Positions 56,084-64,000 of a DNA stretch of 64,000 bases are shown here, in pieces. The notes under the pieces are model-generated. The model saw only the letters and a program-made list of their open reading frames with translations, ran no database searches and was not told the origin of the DNA. The DNA is from an uncultured virus (IMG/VR IMGVR_UViG_3300028586_000757) (taxonomy: Duplodnaviria; Heunggongvirae; Uroviricota; Caudoviricetes): the IMG/VR virus record IMGVR_UViG_3300028586_000757, one strand, 5' to 3'. The translations under genes and the position numbers were made by a program. How positions within the stretch are numbered: the stretch's first letter is position 1; the number at the start of each line of letters is the position of its first letter.

Positions 56084-57067
56084 ATGTCACTTCGCGCTCC
56101 TGGCGATGCTCGCCCTTATGAAGTTCTTCAAGAGGCGCTAATGGACCTTGTCTCTTGTCTCAAAGCCTTCGTTCCTAGCCGAGTGTGGATGGTAACTCGC
56201 GTGCATGGTGACGACTGGAACGTTCTTTTGGTCGACGATTCGGAAAACGAAGTAAAAGCGGGCATGGTGTTCCATTGGCCCGATTCTTACTGTTCGCGTA
56301 TGGTCCAAGGCGTCGCCCCTCGTTTTGCGCCTGACGCCCAGGCTATCCCTGAGTATGCCAAGGCGGAAATTAACCGCTTGATGCGCATTGGGTCATACAT
56401 CGGCCAGCCACTTCTCAGCGCAGACGGAGGGCTCCTTGGCACGCTCTGCGCAGTAGATTCCGCCCCGCGCGATGCCTTTACGCCGGACCAAATCTTATTG
56501 GTGGAGACCATCTCACGCACGATGAGTACGCTGATAGGGGGAAAGCTGATGCTGGAGCAGCTCCGCCAGGCGGAAGCCAGGCAGCGCTACCTTGCTGAAC
56601 TGGACGCGCTCACGGGACTGTTGAACCGGCACGGCTGGGAGCTTGCATTGGCTGAAGAGGAGACCGCACTCAAGAACCTTGGAGGAAACGCGATGGTCAT
56701 GATGATTGACCTCGACGGATTGAAACAGGCAAATGACACGATGGGCCATGCGTTCGGCGACCAATACATCCAAAACGCGGCTCAAACGTTACGTCGGCAG
56801 CTTCGCGAGGCAGACATCATCGCGCGCCTCGGTGGCGACGAGTTCGGCGTTATCGTATGTGACACGACCAAGGACGATGCTGAGCTACTTCACCAACGGG
56901 TTCGGGCAGCATTTGAGGAGGCTGGCGTGCCCGCCTCAACGGGCTTCGCGATGCGGCTTTCGTTCCGCACGCTCACTGAGACGCTCGAAGCGGCAGATGC
57001 GCGGATGTACGAAGACAAGATAGCTCGTAAGCGTGCCGCAGAGGACAACGACCTTAGCTCGGCGTAA
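56084..57067 (+). CDS. GAF-GGDEF diguanylate cyclase
   Basis: GSYIGQPL..GTLCAVD; DALTGLLNR, DLDGLKQAND..GH..GD, ARLGGDEF. Confidence 0.92.
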   Translation: MSLRAPGDARPYEVLQEALMDLVSCLKAFVPSRVWMVTRVHGDDWNVLLVDDSENEVKAGMVFHWPDSYCSRMVQGVAPRFAPDAQAIPEYAKAEINRLMRIGSYIGQPLLSADGGLLGTLCAVDSAPRDAFTPDQILLVETISRTMSTLIGGKLMLEQLRQAEARQRYLAELDALTGLLNRHGWELALAEEETALKNLGGNAMVMMIDLDGLKQANDTMGHAFGDQYIQNAAQTLRRQLREADIIARLGGDEFGVIVCDTTKDDAELLHQRVRAAFEEAGVPASTGFAMRLSFRTLTETLEAADARMYEDKIARKRAAEDNDLSSA

Positions 57068-57139
57068 CCCATTTCGGGCTGAACCTCGTCCCTAGAAAAG
57101 AAAAACCCTGCTCAAAAGAGCAGGGTGAATTGTGGCAAG

Positions 57140-57529
57140 TTACTGCCGAGTGTAGTCCATGGGGCCCGGCGGGAGGATGCCGGCGTACTGTTCATAGAGC
57201 GCTTTTGCAAGCTCAGGAAGTTCGGCTTCCGTAGCGTGTTCGTGGAAATCACGAGCCCGATACACCCACTCCTCGTGTTTTTCAAGGTCAAAGGGTGGAA
57301 CCGTAAACGGCAGGTCCAGCTTCTTGCGCATTCGACGGTCTACGTCGTCCGGTGCTTCGTGCTGAGTCAGCAGTGCGGACCGAATCGCTTCAAGATTTTT
57401 GATGACTTGGTCGAGTCTGGAAGGTACTTTTCGGCTCGGCACCAGCGTGTTGTCCTCAAGGACGGCAAAAGCCATACGTGTTGCATCGCCCACAGAGTCG
57501 GTTGGCAGTTCACTGATGGCTTGCTTCAC
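57140..57529 (-). CDS. Hypothetical protein
   Basis: ORF with terminator. Confidence 0.5.
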   Translation of the reverse strand: MKQAISELPTDSVGDATRMAFAVLEDNTLVPSRKVPSRLDQVIKNLEAIRSALLTQHEAPDDVDRRMRKKLDLPFTVPPFDLEKHEEWVYRARDFHEHATEAELPELAKALYEQYAGILPPGPMDYTRQ

Positions 57530-57574
57530 CAGGTCCCAGGTAGCCTGAGTGGTTATAAAAATCCTTTGGAGGGG

Positions 57575-57934
57575 TCAGCGCGTGCTTCCGGCGAAGTTGA
57601 CCAATGCTTGAAGGTCGGCCGTAAACAGACTGGCTTCGCGGTCACTGCCGGCGTTCATGACAGAGATTTCACCCGGGTGCAGACCGCGAGCAGCTGCACG
57701 CTGTTTCAGAAATGCGCCGACTCGTTGAGCCGCGTCCTGCAGCTCGCCCACGTCGCGTGGCGTTAGCTCTCGGATTTCGACCGGAACGATAATGCATCCA
57801 GCTTCTTTCTGTCTCGCGTACTCCAGCACGTTCTGCTGGCAATACGACTCGCAGGCTTCGCGAGAGTTTTCGCTTGTGAACGGAAGCAGAGTGCCTTCCG
57901 TGTTCTTCAGCATGTAGACGATTTTTGACTGCAT
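57575..57934 (-). CDS. Hypothetical protein
   Basis: RBS AGGA. Confidence 0.55.
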   Translation of the reverse strand: MQSKIVYMLKNTEGTLLPFTSENSREACESYCQQNVLEYARQKEAGCIIVPVEIRELTPRDVGELQDAAQRVGAFLKQRAAARGLHPGEISVMNAGSDREASLFTADLQALVNFAGSTR

Positions 57935-58033
57935 GGCTTTGGTTCCTAAAAGAGGCGGCCAGAAACTCTGGCCGCCAAAATTTACTTTGTTATTGCCTCT
58001 GAATTTACTTTGGTATTTCCAGAGGCAACCACG

Positions 58034-58750
58034 TTACTCTGATACTGGCAGCTGGTCGAGCAGGTGCTCGCGCTCGCGCTCAGTCAGCTGAATGCCCAGC
58101 ATTCCTTCGGCTCGATAGAACGCTCCTTCGCGCGCGCTGTCGTCGACGCCGCGCTCGGCGTAGTACGCCAGGTAGGCTTCGATGAGCTTGGCGCGCACCG
58201 GAAGGGTTTCATCGTACTCTGGGTCGCCGCAGTCTTTCGGCACCAGGACAACCGGGCCAGTGTACATCTCGCCGTCATCCGGCAGCCACATGATGTTGCG
58301 GTCCTGTACCTGGGTTTCCATGGTGTCGTCGAACGTGGTTGACCCTCTGTGCTGCACATTCATGCCCGAGCCTCCGATGCCTTTGTCGCGCGGGTCGACC
58401 GCACGGCTGGCGGAAACCACGTACGCTTTGGCTTCGATAAGCTCGAAAGTCCCCTCCAAGCTCGTGAAGTCGCCCTTGAGCGGAATGCCTTCTTCACCTG
58501 GTGCGATGAAGTCGAATTCCCCATTGTTGGTCAGCGGGTACTTCGGCAACAGGGGAGCCGGCTCTGCTTTCTCGGACGTCAGCGTTGCTTCCCAGGCGTT
58601 CCAGGATGCGAAGCCCTGAGCCTTGGCCAGGACGTTGAGGCAGTCGGTGTGCGAGAGGGATGCCGTTCCTTTGTCGAGAGCTTGCAGTTCACGACGCAGG
58701 GCGGATACGAGGGTCTTGGCTTTCTCTTTCGAGACGATATTGAGGTTCAT
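58034..58750 (-). CDS. Glyoxalase-superfamily-like N-terminal domain protein
   Basis: ALRREL..LSHTDCLNVLAKAQGFASWNAW; RBS AGGA. Confidence 0.7.
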   Translation of the reverse strand: MNLNIVSKEKAKTLVSALRRELQALDKGTASLSHTDCLNVLAKAQGFASWNAWEATLTSEKAEPAPLLPKYPLTNNGEFDFIAPGEEGIPLKGDFTSLEGTFELIEAKAYVVSASRAVDPRDKGIGGSGMNVQHRGSTTFDDTMETQVQDRNIMWLPDDGEMYTGPVVLVPKDCGDPEYDETLPVRAKLIEAYLAYYAERGVDDSAREGAFYRAEGMLGIQLTEREREHLLDQLPVSE

Positions 58751-58809
58751 GGTGTAATTCCTGATAGGCCTTGCCGGCCGGTGACGCCGTGACGCAATTG
58801 TCACGTGCT

Positions 58810-58907
58810 GTTCGCATTGCCAAGCAAGGCCCGGATTTACGGGATTTTGTCTGCATGGTAGGTCCTATGAAGCAATTAGCCTTACCTCGGAATGAGGCGC
58901 GAACGGC
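58810..58907 (-). ncRNA. Candidate structured leader RNA, copy 3
   Basis: Minus strand GCCGTTCGC...TTGGCAATGCGAAC; GTTCGC/GCGAAC stem; GCCTC/GAGGT hairpin. Confidence 0.65.
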
Positions 58908-59109
58908 GGGTAGCTCTTCCCAGGGACTAGAGGATAGTCTCGATTTCCCTTCCCCGTATAGCTAGAGCCCTTTTGTGCGACGAAAGATGCACTTTATGGA
59001 ATGCGTTGGAAACGTGAGGGAAAAAGAACCTAAAACTCGACCATGAAATACACCGAAAACGGAGAAACGGGGGTACGCCATACTGGCAGTGCCTGGTGAG
59101 GTTAGCAGC

Positions 59110-59131
59110 GCCAAGCAAGGCCCGGATTTAC
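59110..59131. repeat. 22-bp repeat A, identical to 58819-58840
   Basis: GCCAAGCAAGGCCCGGATTTAC. Confidence 0.95.
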
Positions 59132-59241
59132 AGTTCTTTCCAGGGGTGTTCTAAAAAGCAATAAGTATCCGGATTATTGTGTGTAATCTAAAATATCGTG
59201 CTAGACTTGAAACGTTTGTAAACTAATTCTGCTTAGTAGTA

Positions 59242-60984
59242 TTGACCTCCGCAACGTCCACTGTTGAGTTGCCTCGTGCTTACGCCTGGCGCATAGCACC
59301 AGAGCTGAACGCAAGCAAACGCTCGCGGCTCGATGCTTTGCATCGGGAATGGCAGCGAACCCTTGCTACCGCTTTCACCTGGTTCTGGCAACCGTTCCTG
59401 CGAGGCGGGCTCTTGCCGCACAATCCGCCCCGGTCGGGGCCGATGTCCACGTTTCCTCATACCCGCCTTGTCACGTCACAAAAAGACCTGATGGCGGTCG
59501 CCCTACAAGGGCAAGCCAAGAGTTGGGCAAAGAACCTTCAACGTCGCATCGCTCGAACCATTATGCACAGTGCTACGCTCGCGCTTAATGAGCCTCTTCG
59601 TCGTGAACTGCTGTGGGTAAATTCCATGCACGCTTGGCTACTGCCGTACCGGCAGCAATGCGACTTGCTTGCCACTGCGCCTGCAAAGAAAGACAAGCTT
59701 CCTGCCCTATCAGCCTACGCTTCTCGCACCATGCGCAAGCTGGTACGGCGCTATATCGAGCTACACCGACTCCCAGACCCGATGCAGCTACCGCTGCAGG
59801 TCAACCAGCTCTCGGCAGTGCTGGCCGACGCCAGTAATACTATGTCACTTTGGGCGAATCGGTGGCTGCGTGTGTCGACACTCGAGCGTGGCCAGAAGAT
59901 GAGTATTCCAGTCATGAATAACCCTTACGCTCGGCGTAAGGGTGGTCGCTTCGCGACCACCTTTTCGCTGTTCAAGCGTGGGGAAGAATGGTTTGTCGTG
60001 TCAACTCGGTACGTTCAACCCCAACATTGGGCCGAGCACCGTACCGGTGTGCTCGCTATCGACCTGGGCTTGAAGAATCTGATGGCGACGTCGGAAGGCG
60101 ACCTGTATGGTGTTGGGTTTCTCGACAAGCTCAAGCGGTATGACACGCAATTGCTCAAGCTTCAGCGAGGGCTGCAGGCCGCGGGTGTTCGCCGACTTTC
60201 TGAAGCGAAGCGATATCGAGCATTGGTGCGCCGGCTGCAGGGCTTTCTCAAAACGACTATTCAGACGGCGCTCAACCGCGTGCTGGACGTGCGCCGACCG
60301 AAGACGGTCGTCATTGAAGACTTGCTGTTTGCCGGGCAGCCAGGCGAGTTGTCACGGCGGATGAACCGGCTGCTGCGCCGGTTCGGGCAGCGGTATTTTA
60401 CACAGACTCTTGAAGAGCGTCAGGCTGAGCGGGGATTTACGCTGGAGCGTGTGGACCCTGCGTACACCAGCCAAGCCTGCTCGTCGTGCGAGTTCGTTCA
60501 CCGAAATAACCGCCAGGGCAATAGTTTCAAATGTGTGTCATGCGGGCGTCACGCCCATGCCGATGTCAATGCTGCGAAAAACCAGCGAGAACGTTTCTCG
60601 AAGGCCGCAGCTGGAAAAGACACTGGAGCATACGTGACGGTCGCAACGCGATGGGCGCGGGCCCTGGACAATTGGTGCGGCAGGCTCGCCCGCACGATTG
60701 GACAGACAACCCCCGACTCACCGCGGCAGTACCGCGCCGTTGGTGGCGCGAGAGCGGGCTTGGCCGCGCTGCTGGAAAGCAAAAGCTCCGCCATACGGCT
60801 GAGCTTGGAAACGAAAGAGCAGCTGAACCACTGCCTTTCAGCCAGTAATGCGTTAAGTCTTCTTGCAGGACTATCTGAGGTGCATTTCGCAAACCGTGGT
60901 TTGCGAAATTCCACAGGACAAGCCAGACAGCCAAAGCAATTAGCCATACCTCGGAATGAGGCGCGAACGGCGGGTAGCTTCTGA
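59242..60984 (+). CDS. tnpB: TnpB/Cas12f-like RNA-guided nuclease with a long C-terminal extension (start uncertain)
   Basis: RuvC-I LAIDLG, RuvC-II VVIEDL, PAYTSQACSSC..FKCVSCG Zn finger, RuvC-III HADVNAA. Confidence 0.88.
   Translation: MTSATSTVELPRAYAWRIAPELNASKRSRLDALHREWQRTLATAFTWFWQPFLRGGLLPHNPPRSGPMSTFPHTRLVTSQKDLMAVALQGQAKSWAKNLQRRIARTIMHSATLALNEPLRRELLWVNSMHAWLLPYRQQCDLLATAPAKKDKLPALSAYASRTMRKLVRRYIELHRLPDPMQLPLQVNQLSAVLADASNTMSLWANRWLRVSTLERGQKMSIPVMNNPYARRKGGRFATTFSLFKRGEEWFVVSTRYVQPQHWAEHRTGVLAIDLGLKNLMATSEGDLYGVGFLDKLKRYDTQLLKLQRGLQAAGVRRLSEAKRYRALVRRLQGFLKTTIQTALNRVLDVRRPKTVVIEDLLFAGQPGELSRRMNRLLRRFGQRYFTQTLEERQAERGFTLERVDPAYTSQACSSCEFVHRNNRQGNSFKCVSCGRHAHADVNAAKNQRERFSKAAAGKDTGAYVTVATRWARALDNWCGRLARTIGQTTPDSPRQYRAVGGARAGLAALLESKSSAIRLSLETKEQLNHCLSASNALSLLAGLSEVHFANRGLRNSTGQARQPKQLAIPRNEARTAGSF
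60884..60909. other. Perfect hairpin, candidate element right end or omega-RNA stem
   Basis: ATTTCGCAAACC-GT-GGTTTGCGAAAT. Confidence 0.55.
60934..60979. repeat. 46-bp repeat B, 45/46 identical to 58870-58915
   Basis: AAGCAATTAGCC(T/A)TACCTCGGAATGAGGCGCGAACGGCGGGTAGCT. Confidence 0.95.
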
Positions 60985-61076
60985 CCCCTGCTCAACATAG
61001 CAAGGCGCCAATCGTAGACAAGAAAAAACCGCCAGTCCCGTGGACATGGCGGTTTGAATTGGTTCAGGCTGGTAGG

Positions 61077-61826
61077 TCAGAGACGCTTCGAGGGCACATC
61101 GAAGCCCAGCCCCTGCAGTGTGCTCTTGTCGATGTTTGTGTCCAGTACGCCGTAGGGCCAGTGCTCCAGGAAGCCTTCGTCGTCCATGCCGTGCACGGAC
61201 AGGCCTTCGTTATCGCCATGCAAGCAGATGAGCAGCTCGCGGTGCAGATTGAGGGCCACGAGGGCGTTGACCAGCGTCATGACCAGGCCCTGGCTGAACG
61301 TGACGACCGCGAGGACGGTGCTTGTTCCGTGCTGACGAACTGCGTGGAACTGACGCAGCACCTCGATGGCGGCCGCAGCTTCCGTGCGAAGCACTTCAGG
61401 AGCGATAAGCAGATGCGACGCGCGTTCATACAACGTTTCGTGAACGCCGGCGAGTTCCGCGATGTCGCGAACTCGTTCACGCAGTGCACGGCGGGTCGCA
61501 ACTTCGTCACCAGGTGTGCAGAACCGTTCAAGACCCGGTCCCACGTGGAGTACGATGCGCGGCAACCGCTGAAAGGGCGCGCCTGAATCGAAGTGTGTGA
61601 CAGTGGCGAGCGCGGCATCGAAACGGCGGTCGATTTCTGGGTACTCGTCCTGGGTGAAGTGTGCCATCAGCTCCACAAACCTCGCCTGGCGCTCTGCGTT
61701 CGGTGAAGCAGCAGGGCTCAGATGCTGGCGGCTGAGTGCCACGTGGCGGGGCACGGAGATGTCGTCACGGGTGTCTGCCACGGCCAGCTCGATGAGTTCG
61801 TTTAGCAGTGTTTCCTTATTCGGCAT
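61077..61826 (-). CDS. Hypothetical protein (paralog of 61999..62556)
   Basis: PRIVLHVGPGL..APEVLRTEA..WPYGVLD. Confidence 0.7.
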   Translation of the reverse strand: MPNKETLLNELIELAVADTRDDISVPRHVALSRQHLSPAASPNAERQARFVELMAHFTQDEYPEIDRRFDAALATVTHFDSGAPFQRLPRIVLHVGPGLERFCTPGDEVATRRALRERVRDIAELAGVHETLYERASHLLIAPEVLRTEAAAAIEVLRQFHAVRQHGTSTVLAVVTFSQGLVMTLVNALVALNLHRELLICLHGDNEGLSVHGMDDEGFLEHWPYGVLDTNIDKSTLQGLGFDVPSKRL

Positions 61827-61998
61827 GGTGTCCTTGTTGGCGCCGTAGCGCTTGTTGTTGAATGGGAGTCTATGCCCGGTATAGTTATTAAACAACGGAG
61901 CATGGCCCGAAGGCGTGGACCGTTGCTGTAGCTGCTGCAACAAAAAGCCGCCGGGTCACGAGGACGAGGCGGCTTAAATCAGTTCAGGAAAGCGAAGC

Positions 61999-62556
61999 TC
62001 AGTACTTATGTGGTACGTCGAAACCCAGCTCCAGCAGAGTATCTTCGTCGACGGTTGCGTCAAGAAGACCGTACGACCAGTCTTCGAGGCAATAGTCTTC
62101 GTCCAGACGATGGGCGGTGGGCTCCTTTTCATCGCCATAGTGAGCGACGACGACCAGTTCCTGGTACAGCGTTGTATCGACAATGGCACCAATCAACGCG
62201 TTGATGAGTCCGTGGCTGAAGGTAACAACTACCAGAGCGGCTTCTTCCTTGCTGCGCACTTTAGCAAACTCGCGCATGACGTCAATGCATGCTTGGGCTT
62301 CAGTGCGTAGGGTTTCCGGTGCAACGAGAAGTTTGGAGCCTGGCGTGGTCGCGAGGTGGTCCAAGCCAGTTTTGACCATGCTGTCGCGCACCAAGTCGCT
62401 TAACATGCTGGTGGTTTCACGGCGATACTGGCCTGGCTCGTGTGTAGCGTCGGCTTGGCCGTAGCACTTACTCAAACCTGGGCCAACATGCAGCACCAGG
62501 CGAGGGGCAGGGCGTTCGGCTTTGGTACTATTGTCGGTTGCGATGATGTCAGTCAT
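61999..62556 (-). CDS. Hypothetical protein (paralog of 61077..61826)
   Basis: PRLVLHVGPGL..APETLRTEA..WSYGLLD. Confidence 0.7.
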   Translation of the reverse strand: MTDIIATDNSTKAERPAPRLVLHVGPGLSKCYGQADATHEPGQYRRETTSMLSDLVRDSMVKTGLDHLATTPGSKLLVAPETLRTEAQACIDVMREFAKVRSKEEAALVVVTFSHGLINALIGAIVDTTLYQELVVVAHYGDEKEPTAHRLDEDYCLEDWSYGLLDATVDEDTLLELGFDVPHKY

Positions 62557-62685
62557 GATGTCCTTTGAGGGCGCTGAAGTGAAATTGGGTCTATTGCTGT
62601 CTAGCTATCAAGCTTAGTGACCCGGGCCTATGTCGGTTTGTAGGGTTCGCTACACGTAACAGGACAATTTCAAGGAAAATAAGAC

Positions 62686-63300
62686 ATGCAAACCACTGCT
62701 ACCGGAAAACGCGTTTCCAAAGGCGCCCCAGTCGTCGTTGACGACACTGGCATGATGTACTACTTCGGTGGCGGCAGTAACGTCGACAAGAACGGGGAAT
62801 ACCTGGACATTCCAGGGTTTCACCTGGGCCCGCGCACCAAGGAAAGCAATCCATACTCGTATGACCCGCTGCTGCAGTGGCGCAAATACGATAAGACGCC
62901 AGCTACCGCGTCGGCGGTCTACTCAGACCGTATGGCCCAGTGGGACTACAGCAAGTACCGTTCGCTCATTGAAAAGCATTTCACGGGCATCGGCCACGAC
63001 CGAGGCGGCGACTACTTCCACAGCCGCAGCCCCAAGCGTATTGAAGCCTTCCTGCGCGACTACAACGACAACCAGGACCTGGAGCTCGTGCGCATCGAAG
63101 AGCACTGTAACTGGTCCAGCGGCTATCCGGTGTGGGCGTTCTTCTACGTCGACCCTAACTACGTGCCGCCAGCGCCACGTATGGAGCTGCCCAAAGCTCT
63201 GCCGCAGCTGGCTCGACTGGCCAAGGCTACTGGCGTGAACCGTCAGCGCGCGCAGTCCATGCGTGCGAAGGCACGAATGCGTAAGGCCATCCAGGCATAA
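62686..63300 (+). CDS. Phage-type hypothetical protein
   Basis: Motif at 62650-62665; RBS AAGGA; NPYSYDP, SSGYPVW. Confidence 0.7.
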   Translation: MQTTATGKRVSKGAPVVVDDTGMMYYFGGGSNVDKNGEYLDIPGFHLGPRTKESNPYSYDPLLQWRKYDKTPATASAVYSDRMAQWDYSKYRSLIEKHFTGIGHDRGGDYFHSRSPKRIEAFLRDYNDNQDLELVRIEEHCNWSSGYPVWAFFYVDPNYVPPAPRMELPKALPQLARLAKATGVNRQRAQSMRAKARMRKAIQA

Positions 63301-63427
63301 CTCTGCTGTCAATTCTGAACGGGCACCTTCTGGTGTCCGTTTCCTTTTAGTACTGAGTCAGTGACAGTCCTTTAAAAGAAAACAGCGCGAGCTCCTTGCG
63401 GGGCACGCGCTGCATGAATGATGGGTT

Positions 63428-64000
63428 TTACGCCTGGGCTTTAATCAGCCACAGCTGTTTGACGTCCTTGAGCTCGAGCACGTCGCGACCGGTAATGACC
63501 TCAAGACTATCATTTCGCACCCGTGCCAAGCAGGGAACGATGTTCAGACCTTGCCGGACCAAGTACTGCGGACGGTCCTCGTTTGCAGCTTGGGCGCGGC
63601 TATCTTCATCTTGAACAAAGCCGACGATGTGCGTCTTGGGGACTTCGACCACGACCAAGCGAGTGCCTAGCCATTTGGCACGGCAGTAGCTGTAAATGTC
63701 TTCAGCGTCCTGGTCGGAGATGCGTTCATCACGTAGGATGGCCAACGCTTGGCGCTTCTCCGCTGCCAGGATGTGCTGGAAGAGGGCGCCGGCAGCAATG
63801 CTACTCATGCCGTCTTGAAGGTCCTGCAACAGTTCTTCACCGCGCTCCACGGACACGGACGACTTGCTCGAGGGCTTGCGGCCAACAGATGCCTTGGCGT
63901 GTGCTGCGAGCGCAGCACGATACTGCCCCTCAAAGTCTTCGCCGTCTTTCTCGGCTGCTTTCGCCGCCGCTTCCATCTCTTGCGTTAGTTCGCGCGGAAC
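63428..64000 (-). CDS. Hypothetical protein, probably 5'-truncated by the window edge
   Basis: Frame is open to position 64000. Confidence 0.55.
   Translation of the reverse strand, partial: VPRELTQEMEAAAKAAEKDGEDFEGQYRAALAAHAKASVGRKPSSKSSVSVERGEELLQDLQDGMSSIAAGALFQHILAAEKRQALAILRDERISDQDAEDIYSYCRAKWLGTRLVVVEVPKTHIVGFVQDEDSRAQAANEDRPQYLVRQGLNIVPCLARVRNDSLEVITGRDVLELKDVKQLWLIKAQA

Noticed and set aside
58819..60979. Repeats A and B as a CRISPR array for a Cas12f
   Set aside because: Only two copies of each, not in repeat-spacer order, and no cas1/cas2. They are better explained as halves of the leader RNA.
2403..62665. Upstream motif as an integron attC site
   Set aside because: No palindromic attC structure or RYYYAAC/GTTRRRY pair, the motif lies 5' of genes on both strands, and no integrase is present.

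Overview
This window is a densely packed accessory region, probably from a proteobacterial megaplasmid or a jumbo-phage-like replicon. That origin is an inference: no replication, conjugation or virion genes, rRNA, tRNA or CRISPR array are visible. Most of it is about 80 short, mostly hypothetical genes arranged as one- to few-gene units with their own intrinsic terminators. Recognisable genes are an isoleucyl-tRNA synthetase, a TnpB/Cas12f-like RuvC nuclease, a two-domain GT4 glycosyltransferase, a GAF-GGDEF protein, two Ig-repeat surface proteins, ASCH, GIY-YIG (T5orf172), ParB-like and XRE proteins, and a degenerate mini topoisomerase IA. The most interesting signals are non-coding. (1) A structured leader RNA with a covarying closing stem precedes each of three proteins that share an N-terminal 'glyoxalase-superfamily-like' helical domain but have unrelated C-termini. 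A fourth copy of this RNA is split by the tnpB gene. (2) A CTAYAC-N5-AGGWCA motif lies upstream of more than 20 genes. (3) ileS has an Ile-Ile-Ile leader-peptide attenuator with a duplicated terminator. (4) An array of TGAACA sites repeats with a 70-bp period. (5) There is an orphan structured RNA candidate of about 265 nt. All family assignments come from motifs read by eye, not from database searches.
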